A stretch of DNA of 64,000 nt from a phage, in NCBI GenBank assembly GCA_014687725.1, contig GCA_014687725.1_4094.1; one strand, given 5' to 3'. The stretch's first letter is position 1. The number at the start of each line of letters is the position of its first letter. Made by a program: the position numbers and the translations under genes. Shown one piece after another: positions 25,283 through 35,367 of the stretch. The notes under the pieces were generated by a model, which was given only the letters and a program-made list of their open reading frames with translations, did no database searches and was not told where the DNA came from.

Positions 25283-25820
25283 AATTCAGTACACCTACGC
25301 TAATGCAATCCTTATGGGACAAAAGTTAGCTTGTATTGTTGCAGCCTTATATAATGCCCAGAAATATCACAAGCGTCATTTCCACAAATGTATTGGTATT
25401 ATTCCATCGAAGTACAATACATATATTGCGTGCACGAGTCATTTTGATAAACGATTCAATACACCTGATACCCCAAATTCCCGTAGTGTTATTGGTCTTT
25501 TGGATTTCGCACCTGGTGCTGTTATTGGAAAGAATGATTTAGAGTACGCATGGTATAATAAAAATGCCCCATTAGTAATGGTAACATATGATAAAGAAAC
25601 GAACAAAACAATAGAGTACAATACATATAAATCAGAGGAAGAATTTTTCCAAGGTTCAATGCTTGTACCAGTGCGTTTGTTATTTTATAATGTCATAATG
25701 AGTACAGTACACAATAGTCCATTACACAAGAATCACAAAATTAATTTCAATTTTTGTGCTTATGCGATTGATGGTGTGTATGAGTGTTTAATGGAGGTAT
25801 TGAGTTATGAAGCTGAATAA
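25254..25820 (+). CDS. family B paralog
   Basis: motif KSEEEFFQGSMLV. Confidence 0.65.
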   Translation: MTSKYRTSNEIQYTYANAILMGQKLACIVAALYNAQKYHKRHFHKCIGIIPSKYNTYIACTSHFDKRFNTPDTPNSRSVIGLLDFAPGAVIGKNDLEYAWYNKNAPLVMVTYDKETNKTIEYNTYKSEEEFFQGSMLVPVRLLFYNVIMSTVHNSPLHKNHKINFNFCAYAIDGVYECLMEVLSYEAE

Positions 25821-26148
25821 TACATTTGATATTAATAAGTTAAGAGAATGGTTTTATAGTATTGAAATTGAAGCCATCCCGTATCATAGATATGAACAAT
25901 ATAATTTAACCAGTATTGATATCAGTGAGTTGTACGCGTATTATCAAAGTGCATTAGAGATGCATAAGTTATTTTTGAGTACAGATTTTGTTCTAAATTA
26001 CAATTTTGAGGAATTTAAAAATTATAATTTAGTACAGAAATATGTAGTAGCAAAGTACATGTACCTTCAAGGAATTACAAGTATAGTGGAATTCAATACA
26101 GTCCTTGCTTTAGTTGAGGTAATTTTATGCAGTACATGTATGATTTAG
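25807..26148 (+). CDS. hypothetical protein (113 aa), array member
   Basis: Track ORF; no clear family motif. Confidence 0.5.
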   Translation: MKLNNTFDINKLREWFYSIEIEAIPYHRYEQYNLTSIDISELYAYYQSALEMHKLFLSTDFVLNYNFEEFKNYNLVQKYVVAKYMYLQGITSIVEFNTVLALVEVILCSTCMI

Positions 26149-26633
26149 AGTTCAGCTTAGATGCTGCATTTAAATATGTTCACAAGATAGAAACAATATA
26201 CAGTACATTATGTGCAATAAAATCAGTAACAGAAGAGCTTGATGTTGGTGAAAAATATCAGGTATGGAATAATACATTTTTAAATAAAGAACGTTGCTCT
26301 ACGGGGTTTAATATTTTAACATTTAATCCCAGCAATTGTTACCCAGAGAAGCATGAACGTTATCCGAATGACGACATGTGGTTTGAGTACAAAGAAGATT
26401 GTGATATGTCGTTCATTGAAGTTCCTGATGATTTTAATGCACAAGATTTAACAGACGAGTGGTGGTTCCAGCAGAATTTAGTCCACGATGATATTGATTT
26501 ATTTTTTTATGTAGTATTTAAAATGCTTTATCACAACAATATAGTACAAGATAGTGTGTTTTTTTCATGTCTATATATTGATGATTTGTACAATGAAATT
26601 CAAATCAACATGCCCAGCACGCCTGTATCGTAA
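26127..26633 (+). CDS. family B paralog
   Basis: motif LTDEWWFQQNLVHD. Confidence 0.65.
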   Translation: MQYMYDLEFSLDAAFKYVHKIETIYSTLCAIKSVTEELDVGEKYQVWNNTFLNKERCSTGFNILTFNPSNCYPEKHERYPNDDMWFEYKEDCDMSFIEVPDDFNAQDLTDEWWFQQNLVHDDIDLFFYVVFKMLYHNNIVQDSVFFSCLYIDDLYNEIQINMPSTPVS

Positions 26634-26649
26634 GATATGGGCTTTTTTC
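26612..26649 (+). terminator. terminator-like hairpin + T-run
   Basis: 5-bp stem GCCCA/TGGGC with long loop, then T6. Confidence 0.4.
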
Positions 26650-26658
26650 GTTTTGGTA

Positions 26659-26687
26659 TTGACAAAGAAGTGCAAAGCTGTTATCAT
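26659..26687 (+). promoter_or_regulatory. sigma70-like promoter inside array
   Basis: TTGACA 26659-26664, 17-nt spacer, TATCAT 26682-26687. Confidence 0.5.
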
Positions 26688-26715
26688 GTGTAATCATTTT
26701 AAAGGAGAACATATA

Positions 26716-27228
26716 GTGAGTTTCATAATCCCAAGTACATACGAAGATGCATCAAGTGCAGTTCATAAGATTCATTATATTTTTAATTTAATTATTAGAT
26801 CTGCAAAAATTAAAATGTATGCACCTCTTGTGACAAATAATCGAAATGAAGAAATTTTTATTAGCACAGACAAAATTATTTTTCCATATTTCAATGAAGA
26901 TAGATTGTGGTTCATACATTTAGCTGCATTACAAAAATATAAGATGTCAATTCGTAATAATTTGGTTATACCGTTATATCATCCAGATATTGGAGAGGAT
27001 GAGTATTTTCAGTACAGTACAGTGCATCGCCATGAAGATATCTTTGTTGCTATGCTTATTGCTAAATTGAACACCGTTGATTTGGAGTACCACAAATACA
27101 ATAATAAATCATGTAAGATCATAATCCCTGCATTCATAGCTCTTTATGATTATGTGGTGCATAACAAAAAAGATGATACATATGCTTTCAATGAAGAGTA
27201 TTTGGATTTTTTTAAGGATAACATATGA
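26716..27228 (+). CDS. family B paralog
   Basis: motif IGEDEYFQYSTVH; GTG 26716 with SD AAAGGAG (track ORF began upstream at 26554; alt ATG 26683). Confidence 0.55.
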   Translation: MSFIIPSTYEDASSAVHKIHYIFNLIIRSAKIKMYAPLVTNNRNEEIFISTDKIIFPYFNEDRLWFIHLAALQKYKMSIRNNLVIPLYHPDIGEDEYFQYSTVHRHEDIFVAMLIAKLNTVDLEYHKYNNKSCKIIIPAFIALYDYVVHNKKDDTYAFNEEYLDFFKDNI

Positions 27229-27764
27229 GCAGTACAACAGTATCAAAAGTACAGAAAGCAATGTCATTCAATGAAATTGGTACATTTAAAGATAAGATCA
27301 TTGATTGCCTTGAATACATGATTTGTAGTAATATCGAAAGTATCGAGATATTTAACAAGACAAATCGCTCTTACCATATGATGTACATTGCAAACAATAA
27401 TGGTATCATTCCATTTATTTCGGATAGTACAATATGGTACGCATGTGATACGAAAAAATACACAGCAGGTTCGTATAGCTTAGGGTCACATACGGAATTG
27501 ATTATTCCTGAGCATTGTATGAAAGAAGAAGAATATTTTCAAATGCAATGTATACATTCACCATTAGTGTTGTTTAGTTTATATATTATACCTTATATCA
27601 CCAAATGTGTTCATGAGAATAAAGCTCCGTGGAATCATGAATTTGTATCGTTGAAGTTATTGTATAATGTATTAGTAGAATATTATGATTACAGGCACAA
27701 TGGTACAATCAGTGATGTATGGGATTTTGAATCGCTAAGGGTGAAAACATACACAGGTGAATGA
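27225..27764 (+). CDS. family B paralog
   Basis: motif MKEEEYFQMQCIH; ATGA overlap. Confidence 0.65.
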   Translation: MSSTTVSKVQKAMSFNEIGTFKDKIIDCLEYMICSNIESIEIFNKTNRSYHMMYIANNNGIIPFISDSTIWYACDTKKYTAGSYSLGSHTELIIPEHCMKEEEYFQMQCIHSPLVLFSLYIIPYITKCVHENKAPWNHEFVSLKLLYNVLVEYYDYRHNGTISDVWDFESLRVKTYTGE

Positions 27765-27765
27765 T

Positions 27766-28380
27766 ATGACCAGAATTAAAATGTATGATTTGATGCAGTA
27801 CAGTAAAATTGCCATTCCAGTGCTTAATAAAGTGCTGGATGCATTCATTGCCAAATACCCTGAGAATTCAGTGTTATGTATTCCATTTAGTGTTCCAGAT
27901 AAAGATGATATATTCCAAGTGAATGTCAGTACACGTGGTATTACATTACAGCAGAAATACATGGATACGGAATATTATGGAATAAAGTTGGATTCAGTAC
28001 AGGGTTCAAAATCAGCCTATGATTTTTTTGTTCCTAATAATATAGAGTCATGGGAAACAAACATTTCAAAGAAAGATGAAAATGATGTTCCTATTAGTGG
28101 TGTGTTCAACAATAAAGTTTTTTATTATTACGAAACCGACAAATTCCCTGAAGAGTTATATTACAATTCAGAAATGAATGAAGATGTAGATGCATTCATG
28201 TTTCAATTATCTTTAGTACATGATATCATTGATGTTCAAGAGTTAAGAGCAGAAATCAATTTAGCTAAAGAGTTATCGGACATGCTGCCACCGTTTAGTA
28301 TGCTTTTTTGTGAAGGTGGTTATTTTTCAAAAGAAGTGTTTGAACATTTCGTAGATGTTGTAAAAGGGTTGGATATATAG
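27766..28380 (+). CDS. family B paralog
   Basis: motif DVDAFMFQLSLVHD; ATG 27766 with SD AGGTGA (track GTG 27757). Confidence 0.6.
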   Translation: MTRIKMYDLMQYSKIAIPVLNKVLDAFIAKYPENSVLCIPFSVPDKDDIFQVNVSTRGITLQQKYMDTEYYGIKLDSVQGSKSAYDFFVPNNIESWETNISKKDENDVPISGVFNNKVFYYYETDKFPEELYYNSEMNEDVDAFMFQLSLVHDIIDVQELRAEINLAKELSDMLPPFSMLFCEGGYFSKEVFEHFVDVVKGLDI

Positions 28381-28381
28381 T

Positions 28382-28576
28382 ATGCTTACAGTTGATGTTA
28401 AACAAAAATACCGTAAGTTTGATTGGTTCACCGACAGTTTCCAGCTTGAATTATTACATTTGAATATCTGTGAAACATTATGTGCAGAAACACAAGATGA
28501 ATTTGATGATAGAGTGATGAACATAGTAATGCTTTCTTGCTTTAAACATTTTGGTTATTTTTTCGGACAGAATTGA
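28382..28576 (+). CDS. hypothetical small protein (64 aa)
   Basis: Track ORF. Confidence 0.5.
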   Translation: MLTVDVKQKYRKFDWFTDSFQLELLHLNICETLCAETQDEFDDRVMNIVMLSCFKHFGYFFGQN

Positions 28577-28584
28577 GGTAAAAA

Positions 28585-29100
28585 ATGCATCAACACAAGC
28601 ATCATTCATATGATTTTGCAATTAACATTATGAAGTTCATTCGAGCGTTGGAGGATGGGAAGCTTAGTCATAAGTACACCAAAGTGGGTGACAATTGGTT
28701 CAGAAATGATGATGAGTTCAGAAGTCATAAGATTGTTTACAGCAATAATTACAGTGCCAATTACCTACAAGATGTAGTGATGTGTTTTGAATACGTGTTG
28801 CAGTTCAGGGGTTCAATCCAGGATGAGTTGATGGAGCACATGTACATCCGATACCTTCCAATGCTCAAAGATGAAAATGTATTATTAAATTCAATATACC
28901 AACGAGTTCGTGAAATTGAGTGCAGGGATATATTAGATACAGAAGAATCGTATTTCCAGCAATCCCTGATTTATGCACCTGATTTATTACAGGTACATAA
29001 TTTGTTTAATACATTACGTCAAAACATCAGTACAGACATATTTTTGTCATTATCGGATTATGATACATTTGTCAAAGATTTAGAGGAAATAGGTTTATGA
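28585..29100 (+). CDS. family B paralog
   Basis: motif TEESYFQQSLIY; SD GAGG. Confidence 0.65.
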   Translation: MHQHKHHSYDFAINIMKFIRALEDGKLSHKYTKVGDNWFRNDDEFRSHKIVYSNNYSANYLQDVVMCFEYVLQFRGSIQDELMEHMYIRYLPMLKDENVLLNSIYQRVREIECRDILDTEESYFQQSLIYAPDLLQVHNLFNTLRQNISTDIFLSLSDYDTFVKDLEEIGL

Positions 29101-29441
29101 GTCGATTTTCGGTTTATATAGTAAACGTCAGTAAAGATGGTAGTTTAATTGAATTTGATGTAGTTGATAACAATGATAATTCATATGGTATTAAGGTACA
29201 GGACAATGATGTACAGTTCAGTACAAGGACAAATTTTGAGAATCCAGTCCAAGTTCCGAATTTCATAGAAGATGAAGCTGCACGATTCCAATACGAAACG
29301 GCATATGACAATGTACATATGCATATTATTATGCAAACGAGTTTAGTTCAATTAGTTCCTTTGTTCAGACAAAATATATATGTACATGAAGTGTCGATTA
29401 ATGGCATTCAAAGTTCCGTTTTGTTCGGTACAAATATGTAA
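29097..29441 (+). CDS. family B paralog (divergent)
   Basis: motif EDEAARFQYETAYD; ATGA overlap. Confidence 0.6.
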   Translation: MSRFSVYIVNVSKDGSLIEFDVVDNNDNSYGIKVQDNDVQFSTRTNFENPVQVPNFIEDEAARFQYETAYDNVHMHIIMQTSLVQLVPLFRQNIYVHEVSINGIQSSVLFGTNM

Positions 29442-29451
29442 GGAAAGTACA

Positions 29452-30003
29452 ATGAGTTCAATGAGTTTATTAGATACATTAGAAAAAGACAGAAGTGCAA
29501 TTAAGCGTTTAAAAGAGCAAGTACAAAAGATTGTATACAACGTTGATAAGTTTGAAGTCCCAGGAAGATTTGGTGATATTTCCCATACGGAGATCAAATC
29601 CCTTAAGTCAGATTTGTTGATTAAAAATAAAAATGGGTTGATTTTAGTTTTGAGTTCAGATATGATGGGGGCAACACATAGTTATAATGCAGTATCGGTG
29701 CGTTCAGAGTGTGAAGGTATATATCTATCACAGGGTTTCAATAGCGAGACACAGGTTTGTTTTTGTGATGCAGTACATGACCCTATGAAGTTCACGAGAA
29801 GTGAAGCCCAAGCGTTATTAGAGCTATCAGACGAGAGTTTGTTTCAGTACAGTACAATGTATGACAATGATAAGCTTCGTTGTATGTACGCTGTAAAGCA
29901 TTATACACAGGAGTTTTCTGGATTTGCATACCTTTTAGTTAGAACCAATACCAGATATATTGATATGTTAGAAGATTACATCGATAAAGTTGTTAATGTA
30001 TGA
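29452..30003 (+). CDS. family B paralog
   Basis: motif SDESLFQYSTMYD; ATG 29452 with SD AAGGAAAG (track 29380 overlaps upstream gene). Confidence 0.65.
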   Translation: MSSMSLLDTLEKDRSAIKRLKEQVQKIVYNVDKFEVPGRFGDISHTEIKSLKSDLLIKNKNGLILVLSSDMMGATHSYNAVSVRSECEGIYLSQGFNSETQVCFCDAVHDPMKFTRSEAQALLELSDESLFQYSTMYDNDKLRCMYAVKHYTQEFSGFAYLLVRTNTRYIDMLEDYIDKVVNV

Positions 30004-30185
30004 TGTATGATTATGTGATGGTATAATGCTGATGAAAGAGTTATTTGAAGATCAGTTCAATACATATGTGGATAATATTCTTTATTCCAGCCGTGCTAGT
30101 CAACGAGGAAATCGTGCTTACAATATAGATTACCTATTAGTGGTGCTGAGTTCACAGTACACCTACGCTGTACAGAGGACATATT

Positions 30186-30389
30186 ATGAATAATTTTAGA
30201 GATGTTGCTAAGGAGAAGTTCAAGTGCAGTTTAGATTTTGGGTTAAATGATTTTCTGACATGCACAATGTACAGGAATGATGATTATGAGCAATCCGTAA
30301 TTTCGTTGCACAGATATTTCGAAATAATTTACGCAAGATATCTTAGAAGGTTAGAGGGAATAGGGGATTGGAATTATGATTACGTTTGA
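30186..30389 (+). CDS. hypothetical small protein (67 aa)
   Basis: Track ORF after 180-bp gap with extended -10 TGGTATAAT 30020-30028. Confidence 0.5.
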   Translation: MNNFRDVAKEKFKCSLDFGLNDFLTCTMYRNDDYEQSVISLHRYFEIIYARYLRRLEGIGDWNYDYV

Positions 30390-30600
30390 AGAGCCGGAAG
30401 TGGCATATTGCTTTAGTGTGAAAGGTTTTGAATTCATGATGGATTCTATTTTGAAGGATACATATTTGGTTCAGATTGCAGTTGCAGATAATACAGATAA
30501 TGCATTACAGCGAGTATTGAATATATACGAGAGGACGAGTCGAAGGCTTTGTGCAATGAAAAGGATTGAAGAAATCAAGGTTTCTAGGCTGAATAAATAG
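30376..30600 (+). CDS. hypothetical small protein (74 aa)
   Basis: Track ORF. Confidence 0.5.
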   Translation: MITFEEPEVAYCFSVKGFEFMMDSILKDTYLVQIAVADNTDNALQRVLNIYERTSRRLCAMKRIEEIKVSRLNK

Positions 30601-30798
30601 AGACGTTTCATTTTGACAGGCCGCAGGGGGGGGTCAAAAAAATTTCCGCTGAAAAACATGCTAAGGTATATGTTTAATATAAAGTTTTATATTGTGTTTT
30701 TCAGAGTACAGTTCATGTTTCCTGAAACAAAAAATACCCCGCCGCCGAACGTTCTCCTTATATTGGAGTTTACCTTATTAATTATAGTAGAGATTAAG

Positions 30799-31176
30799 AT
30801 GGAAATAAAATATAATGAATTTTGTGCAAGGACATGGATGTACACTGGTGAGTTAGTTACGCACTCTAACTTATACAAGGGTGATTTAAACTACGCTAGG
30901 GACAAGATTTTAAAGTACTGGAATGCTGACTTTTATTTGATGGATTTTAGTACTGGGTTTAGGGGTAAAGCAACCGAGATGTTGGACTATACAGTACTTG
31001 ATGATGCTGCACTGTTTCAGGCGGCATTAGTATTTGATAAGAAGTACATCTGTACATTAGAAGAGATGATTGAATTACAGCGTAGAATTAAATGTATTCA
31101 CAGGGAATGTATAGATATCTGGTGCAGTACTGGTGAAGATGATTTTTGTAATCATTTCAATCTAGGGGAAGTGTGA
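30799..31176 (+). CDS. family B paralog
   Basis: motif LDDAALFQAALVFD; ATG 30799; track start 30613 (TTG) runs through a G8 tract and non-coding-looking sequence. Confidence 0.55.
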   Translation: MEIKYNEFCARTWMYTGELVTHSNLYKGDLNYARDKILKYWNADFYLMDFSTGFRGKATEMLDYTVLDDAALFQAALVFDKKYICTLEEMIELQRRIKCIHRECIDIWCSTGEDDFCNHFNLGEV

Positions 31177-31337
31177 TGGAATTTGATTTTTTAATATCAG
31201 TACATTCTTTTAAGCACAGTTATCAGTACTTTTGTAATTTAAACAAAGGTGATTTGATTATGGATACAGATACAGAGGCTGTATACAGTTCTAATATTCT
31301 GTACAAATTCAGTACTAATCTGAAGGAGATTTTATGA
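31176..31337 (+). CDS. family B paralog, truncated N-terminal duplicate (53 aa)
   Basis: first 27 codons near-identical to gene 31705-32061 (MEFDFLISVH(S/T)FKHSYQYFCNLNKGDL); likely recombination remnant. Confidence 0.4.
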   Translation: MEFDFLISVHSFKHSYQYFCNLNKGDLIMDTDTEAVYSSNILYKFSTNLKEIL

Positions 31338-31705
31338 AAAAAGAAATTAGAATTCAATTCGGTATGAGGAAAAAAGAGGTCATCTGTACACTGAATCATG
31401 CGGTCGTGGAAAGCCTTGGTGGTGCATTACAAAAATTCTCCCATTTTGTTCTTGTACTATATGAAAATGGGTCTTTTAAAATCTTCACATATGATGATTC
31501 AAAAAATTACCGTAATGATTTTGTAAATCTGACAGTACTGTCAGAAGAGGAATTCTTTCAGGAAAGTACTGTCTGGAATTTACCAGGAGCACCAATTGAA
31601 TACGTCCGTGCTACACAGGCAGAAATGATCAAAGTAATGCAGAACTATCCAGAAGATTATATGACTAAGTTTCCTGAATCTATTTATGTAGAGGTTGAGT
31701 ACTGA
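31334..31705 (+). CDS. family B paralog
   Basis: motif LSEEEFFQESTVW; ATGA overlap. Confidence 0.65.
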   Translation: MKKEIRIQFGMRKKEVICTLNHAVVESLGGALQKFSHFVLVLYENGSFKIFTYDDSKNYRNDFVNLTVLSEEEFFQESTVWNLPGAPIEYVRATQAEMIKVMQNYPEDYMTKFPESIYVEVEY

Positions 31706-32061
31706 TGGAATTTGATTTTTTAATATCAGTACATACTTTCAAGCACAGTTATCAGTACTTTTGTAATTTAAACAAAGGTGATTTAATGCACAGTGCAAAT
31801 GAGTATATTCATTACACTCAGGGTAAATTTACATTCATTGATTACAGTTCATTACAGTATCCACACCAAGATATGCCGGACTATACATTAATGGATACCG
31901 CAGAACTATTCCAAGAATCATTAGTATTTGATAAGAAGTACTTGTGTACATTTGAAGAAGTTATTGCAATACAAAATGAAATGAAAGAGTATGCTGCTTT
32001 GCATAAACCCAATGCAAGTATTAATCAAGAATACAAATTCAATTTAGGAATTCAAGAATGA
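31705..32061 (+). CDS. family B paralog
   Basis: motif MDTAELFQESLVFD. Confidence 0.65.
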   Translation: MEFDFLISVHTFKHSYQYFCNLNKGDLMHSANEYIHYTQGKFTFIDYSSLQYPHQDMPDYTLMDTAELFQESLVFDKKYLCTFEEVIAIQNEMKEYAALHKPNASINQEYKFNLGIQE

Positions 32062-32417
32062 CATATGATTATTCTATGTACTATTATAAGTTACCTAAAG
32101 GATGGGACTTGTGCTGTAATCTTATTAAGGGCGACTCGGAACATGAGTTGAGTTTATATATGCATTACAAAGATTCTTGTTTTAAATTTATTCATGTATC
32201 ACATGACGACTATGACTATGAATCTGAGAGTCTTATAGATTATACAGTACTGGACGATGGTGAACTATTTCAGGCTGCATTAGTGTTTGATAAGAATAAG
32301 TACTCCTGTACATTTGAAGAAATGGTTTCTTTGCAAAATGAAATGAAGAGATTTGAAAAAGAAAACGTATTTAATCCATCCCCATCAAGAACGAATAATT
32401 ATTATTTCAATATATGA
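32058..32417 (+). CDS. family B paralog
   Basis: motif LDDGELFQAALVFD; ATGA overlap. Confidence 0.65.
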   Translation: MTYDYSMYYYKLPKGWDLCCNLIKGDSEHELSLYMHYKDSCFKFIHVSHDDYDYESESLIDYTVLDDGELFQAALVFDKNKYSCTFEEMVSLQNEMKRFEKENVFNPSPSRTNNYYFNI

Positions 32418-32426
32418 GATTATAAA

Positions 32427-32918
32427 ATGACATTACAGAGTTCATTGGAAAAAGCAAAGAAGATTCATGAGTACATGAATATGGCAAAAGAAGGTTCAGT
32501 TTACGGTGTTTTCAAAGACACAAGTACTCAATATTATGTACCGGATAACCTCCTTTATAATGACTGCTCAGATACAGAAACGTGCGTACTGGATACAGAA
32601 ACGTGCATACTAGATACCGACCCTAATGATTATGAATGCTTCATTAATATGCATAATGAGTACATGGTCTATATTAATGATACAGATACCATCAACAGTA
32701 CTGACAGCGATTCCAATGACATTATAATTCCGAGTGAAGTACTGGAAGGTCCGTGGGATAGTGAAGAGTATTACTTCCAACAAAGTACTGTATATGATAA
32801 TGAAGTACTTGATGTTATTATAATTATGTGGTACTTTAAAAGTATTGGTTCTGGGAACTTCTATTTCGATTACAAATACGTAAAGAAAACTGTAGATAAC
32901 GGTATTAACAGGGGTTGA
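32427..32918 (+). CDS. family B paralog (WDSEEYYFQ subgroup)
   Basis: motif WDSEEYYFQQSTVYD; contains in-frame 21-bp tandem repeat 32571-32621. Confidence 0.65.
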   Translation: MTLQSSLEKAKKIHEYMNMAKEGSVYGVFKDTSTQYYVPDNLLYNDCSDTETCVLDTETCILDTDPNDYECFINMHNEYMVYINDTDTINSTDSDSNDIIIPSEVLEGPWDSEEYYFQQSTVYDNEVLDVIIIMWYFKSIGSGNFYFDYKYVKKTVDNGINRG

Positions 32919-32919
32919 A

Positions 32920-33390
32920 ATGAGTTTAGAAAGAGCATTAGAGATTGCGAAGTTAATTGATTTATGCAGCAAAGAAATTGTAGCAAATTGTCTTAATGGA
33001 TATCTATTCAAGGAAGGTAAATCATATTGTCGAATGAGATACGATGACAGTAGTGAGTACATTCACATGTATGAAGAAAACTTAGATTCTTCTGAAACAA
33101 CACTCAATGGGTGTGATGTTAATTTGGAAGATAATTACATGTACTTCTGTCGTGATGCTGATATTTTAATACAAGATTCTGACATTATATCTGGTGCAGC
33201 AGAGAAACATCTTCCGTATTCAGTACTGGATAATGACTGGGGAAGTGAAGAGTACTACTTCCAGCAGAATACTATCTACGAGGAAGATGTACTTGACAAG
33301 CTTGTCATTCTGTGGTACTTTAATAATACAGATTGTCCTAGCTTCTATTTGGACTTGGATCTACTACGAGTTATTAAAGAGGATATATGA
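32920..33390 (+). CDS. family B paralog (WDSEEYYFQ subgroup)
   Basis: motif WGSEEYYFQQNTIYE. Confidence 0.65.
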   Translation: MSLERALEIAKLIDLCSKEIVANCLNGYLFKEGKSYCRMRYDDSSEYIHMYEENLDSSETTLNGCDVNLEDNYMYFCRDADILIQDSDIISGAAEKHLPYSVLDNDWGSEEYYFQQNTIYEEDVLDKLVILWYFNNTDCPSFYLDLDLLRVIKEDI

Positions 33391-33830
33391 GTTTAGCAAG
33401 TGCACTTGAACTAGCACACAGAATACATCACTTCCACGATAACATAAAAAGTGGTTTCTATGGTGATAAAGTAAGTGCATTTGGTAATGAGTATTATCTA
33501 TCAGGTATAAAGACATACTCTGATGATATTTTACTTATGGGACAGGATAAAGACAATACTATACAGTACTCTTCATGTAGTCAATATACTAATTTTTTTG
33601 TATATATTCCAGGTACTAAGATTACTTTTGACACAACAAATACACCTGTTGACTTCGGGGTACTTGATGGCCCGTGGGGTACTGAAGAGTATTACTTCCA
33701 ACAGAGTCTCATTTTTAACCAAGAAATTCTTGATTCCTTGGTTGTGTTGTGGTACTTTAAGGAATTGAATTTTGAACCATTCTTTCTTGACTGGGGAGCA
33801 TGTGAATATTTAAGTACAGGGGATTTGTAA
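33387..33830 (+). CDS. family B paralog (WDSEEYYFQ subgroup)
   Basis: motif WGTEEYYFQQSLIFN; ATGA overlap. Confidence 0.65.
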   Translation: MSLASALELAHRIHHFHDNIKSGFYGDKVSAFGNEYYLSGIKTYSDDILLMGQDKDNTIQYSSCSQYTNFFVYIPGTKITFDTTNTPVDFGVLDGPWGTEEYYFQQSLIFNQEILDSLVVLWYFKELNFEPFFLDWGACEYLSTGDL

Positions 33831-34318
33831 TGTCATTACAAAGTGCATTGAAAGAAGCAAAGAAGATTCATGAGTACATGATTATGGTACAGGAAGGTTC
33901 AGTACCAGGTGTATATAAAACATCTGATACTGAATTTTTTGTAAAAGACCGTGACGATTATGACGAGTCCGAGATATGTGCAGAAACATTAGTACTGCAC
34001 ACTGATACTGGTGACAGTGATAACTGTGAATATCATATGTACAATCAGTACATTAGTTATTGCCGTAATGAAGATATTACCATCTACAACACAGATAGTG
34101 ATGCTGATGACACTATCATTCCTTATTCAGTACTGGAAGGACCGTGGGATAGTGAAGAATATTACTTCCAGAATAGTACGTTGTACAATGAAGAAGAATT
34201 AGATGTTATTGTAATTATGTGGTATTTCAAAAGTATTGACTCCAGTAGTTTCTATTTTGATTATGAATATGTAGAGAATACTGTAGGAGAAGGTAATGTC
34301 ATTACAAAGTGCTCTTGA
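33830..34318 (+). CDS. family B paralog (WDSEEYYFQ subgroup)
   Basis: motif WDSEEYYFQNSTLYN. Confidence 0.65.
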   Translation: MSLQSALKEAKKIHEYMIMVQEGSVPGVYKTSDTEFFVKDRDDYDESEICAETLVLHTDTGDSDNCEYHMYNQYISYCRNEDITIYNTDSDADDTIIPYSVLEGPWDSEEYYFQNSTLYNEEELDVIVIMWYFKSIDSSSFYFDYEYVENTVGEGNVITKCS

Positions 34319-34748
34319 AAAAGCAAAAGAACTACATGGATACTTTGACGATATAAAGGCAGGAAAGTTCAAAGAAGTGTACAAAGCCGAGAACGGCAAC
34401 TACTACAAGGATGAAATGTATAATAACTCCGTTGGTGTAAGGGTTATTCTTGGGTTGAATTCCAATAGTCCTATATCGTTTTCTGAATACAATAGAGATG
34501 CAGAATTTATTAGTTATGTTGAAAATGGTAGCATTCGTTTTATTAATCGCAAAAAACCATTAATTTTGAATTATGAAGTACTGGAAGGTCCGTGGGATAG
34601 TGAAGAGTATTACTTCCAAAACAGTACTGTTTACGATGATGAAGTACTTGAAGCATTAGTTATTATGTGGTACTTAAAGAGTGTTAACTGTCCTCGATTT
34701 TATTTGGATTTCGAAGAACTTCGTAAAGATCCAGAAGGTATAGAATGA
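34296..34748 (+). CDS. family B paralog (WDSEEYYFQ subgroup)
   Basis: motif WDSEEYYFQNSTVYD. Confidence 0.65.
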   Translation: MSLQSALEKAKELHGYFDDIKAGKFKEVYKAENGNYYKDEMYNNSVGVRVILGLNSNSPISFSEYNRDAEFISYVENGSIRFINRKKPLILNYEVLEGPWDSEEYYFQNSTVYDDEVLEALVIMWYLKSVNCPRFYLDFEELRKDPEGIE

Positions 34749-35059
34749 AAAACTTATTCAGTGTTCAGTACGTCCCTGGTGAAATTAGTTTATTGTATCT
34801 GTTTGATCATGATAATTCATTATTACTAGTAGTAAAGAAATGCCAAGCTAGTTCGTTTGTTGAATACATTCACGATAGTGAATATATACCTGATTTTTTA
34901 GAGTGTGATTATTACGATGAACATGAATCATTTATTTTCCAGGAATCTCTCGTATGGGATAAATCGATCAACTTCTTTACGTTAATTGAATTACAAAAGC
35001 AGGTGAAGTATCATTGGGATTATTTAATCACACAGGATTACATTGAGATAGAAATATAA
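34745..35059 (+). CDS. family B paralog
   Basis: motif DEHESFIFQESLVWD; ATGA overlap. Confidence 0.65.
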   Translation: MKNLFSVQYVPGEISLLYLFDHDNSLLLVVKKCQASSFVEYIHDSEYIPDFLECDYYDEHESFIFQESLVWDKSINFFTLIELQKQVKYHWDYLITQDYIEIEI

Positions 35060-35367
35060 TGACTAAAAATGAATTTGATTCACTTTGTACGGTTTATAAT
35101 TCATTGACAGAAATACCTGACTTTATTAATTACATTTCAGCTTTAAATCAAATTATGCATAGTTTTGAACAATCGTTTGAAGAGAAATATGCTGGTAGAA
35201 AAGTTCTATGTCATATGTCAATGTACTTAGGAGATGGTGAGCCTTACACTACAAGTACTACATGTGAAATAAAAAAATATAATATATTATTGGGGACAAT
35301 AGAATTCACAGTATCCAATGGTGGTAGTTATATGTACTTTAGAGATGGAGTGGTTGAATTATTATGA
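35059..35367 (+). CDS. hypothetical protein (102 aa), array member
   Basis: Track ORF; no clear motif. Confidence 0.5.
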   Translation: MTKNEFDSLCTVYNSLTEIPDFINYISALNQIMHSFEQSFEEKYAGRKVLCHMSMYLGDGEPYTTSTTCEIKKYNILLGTIEFTVSNGGSYMYFRDGVVELL

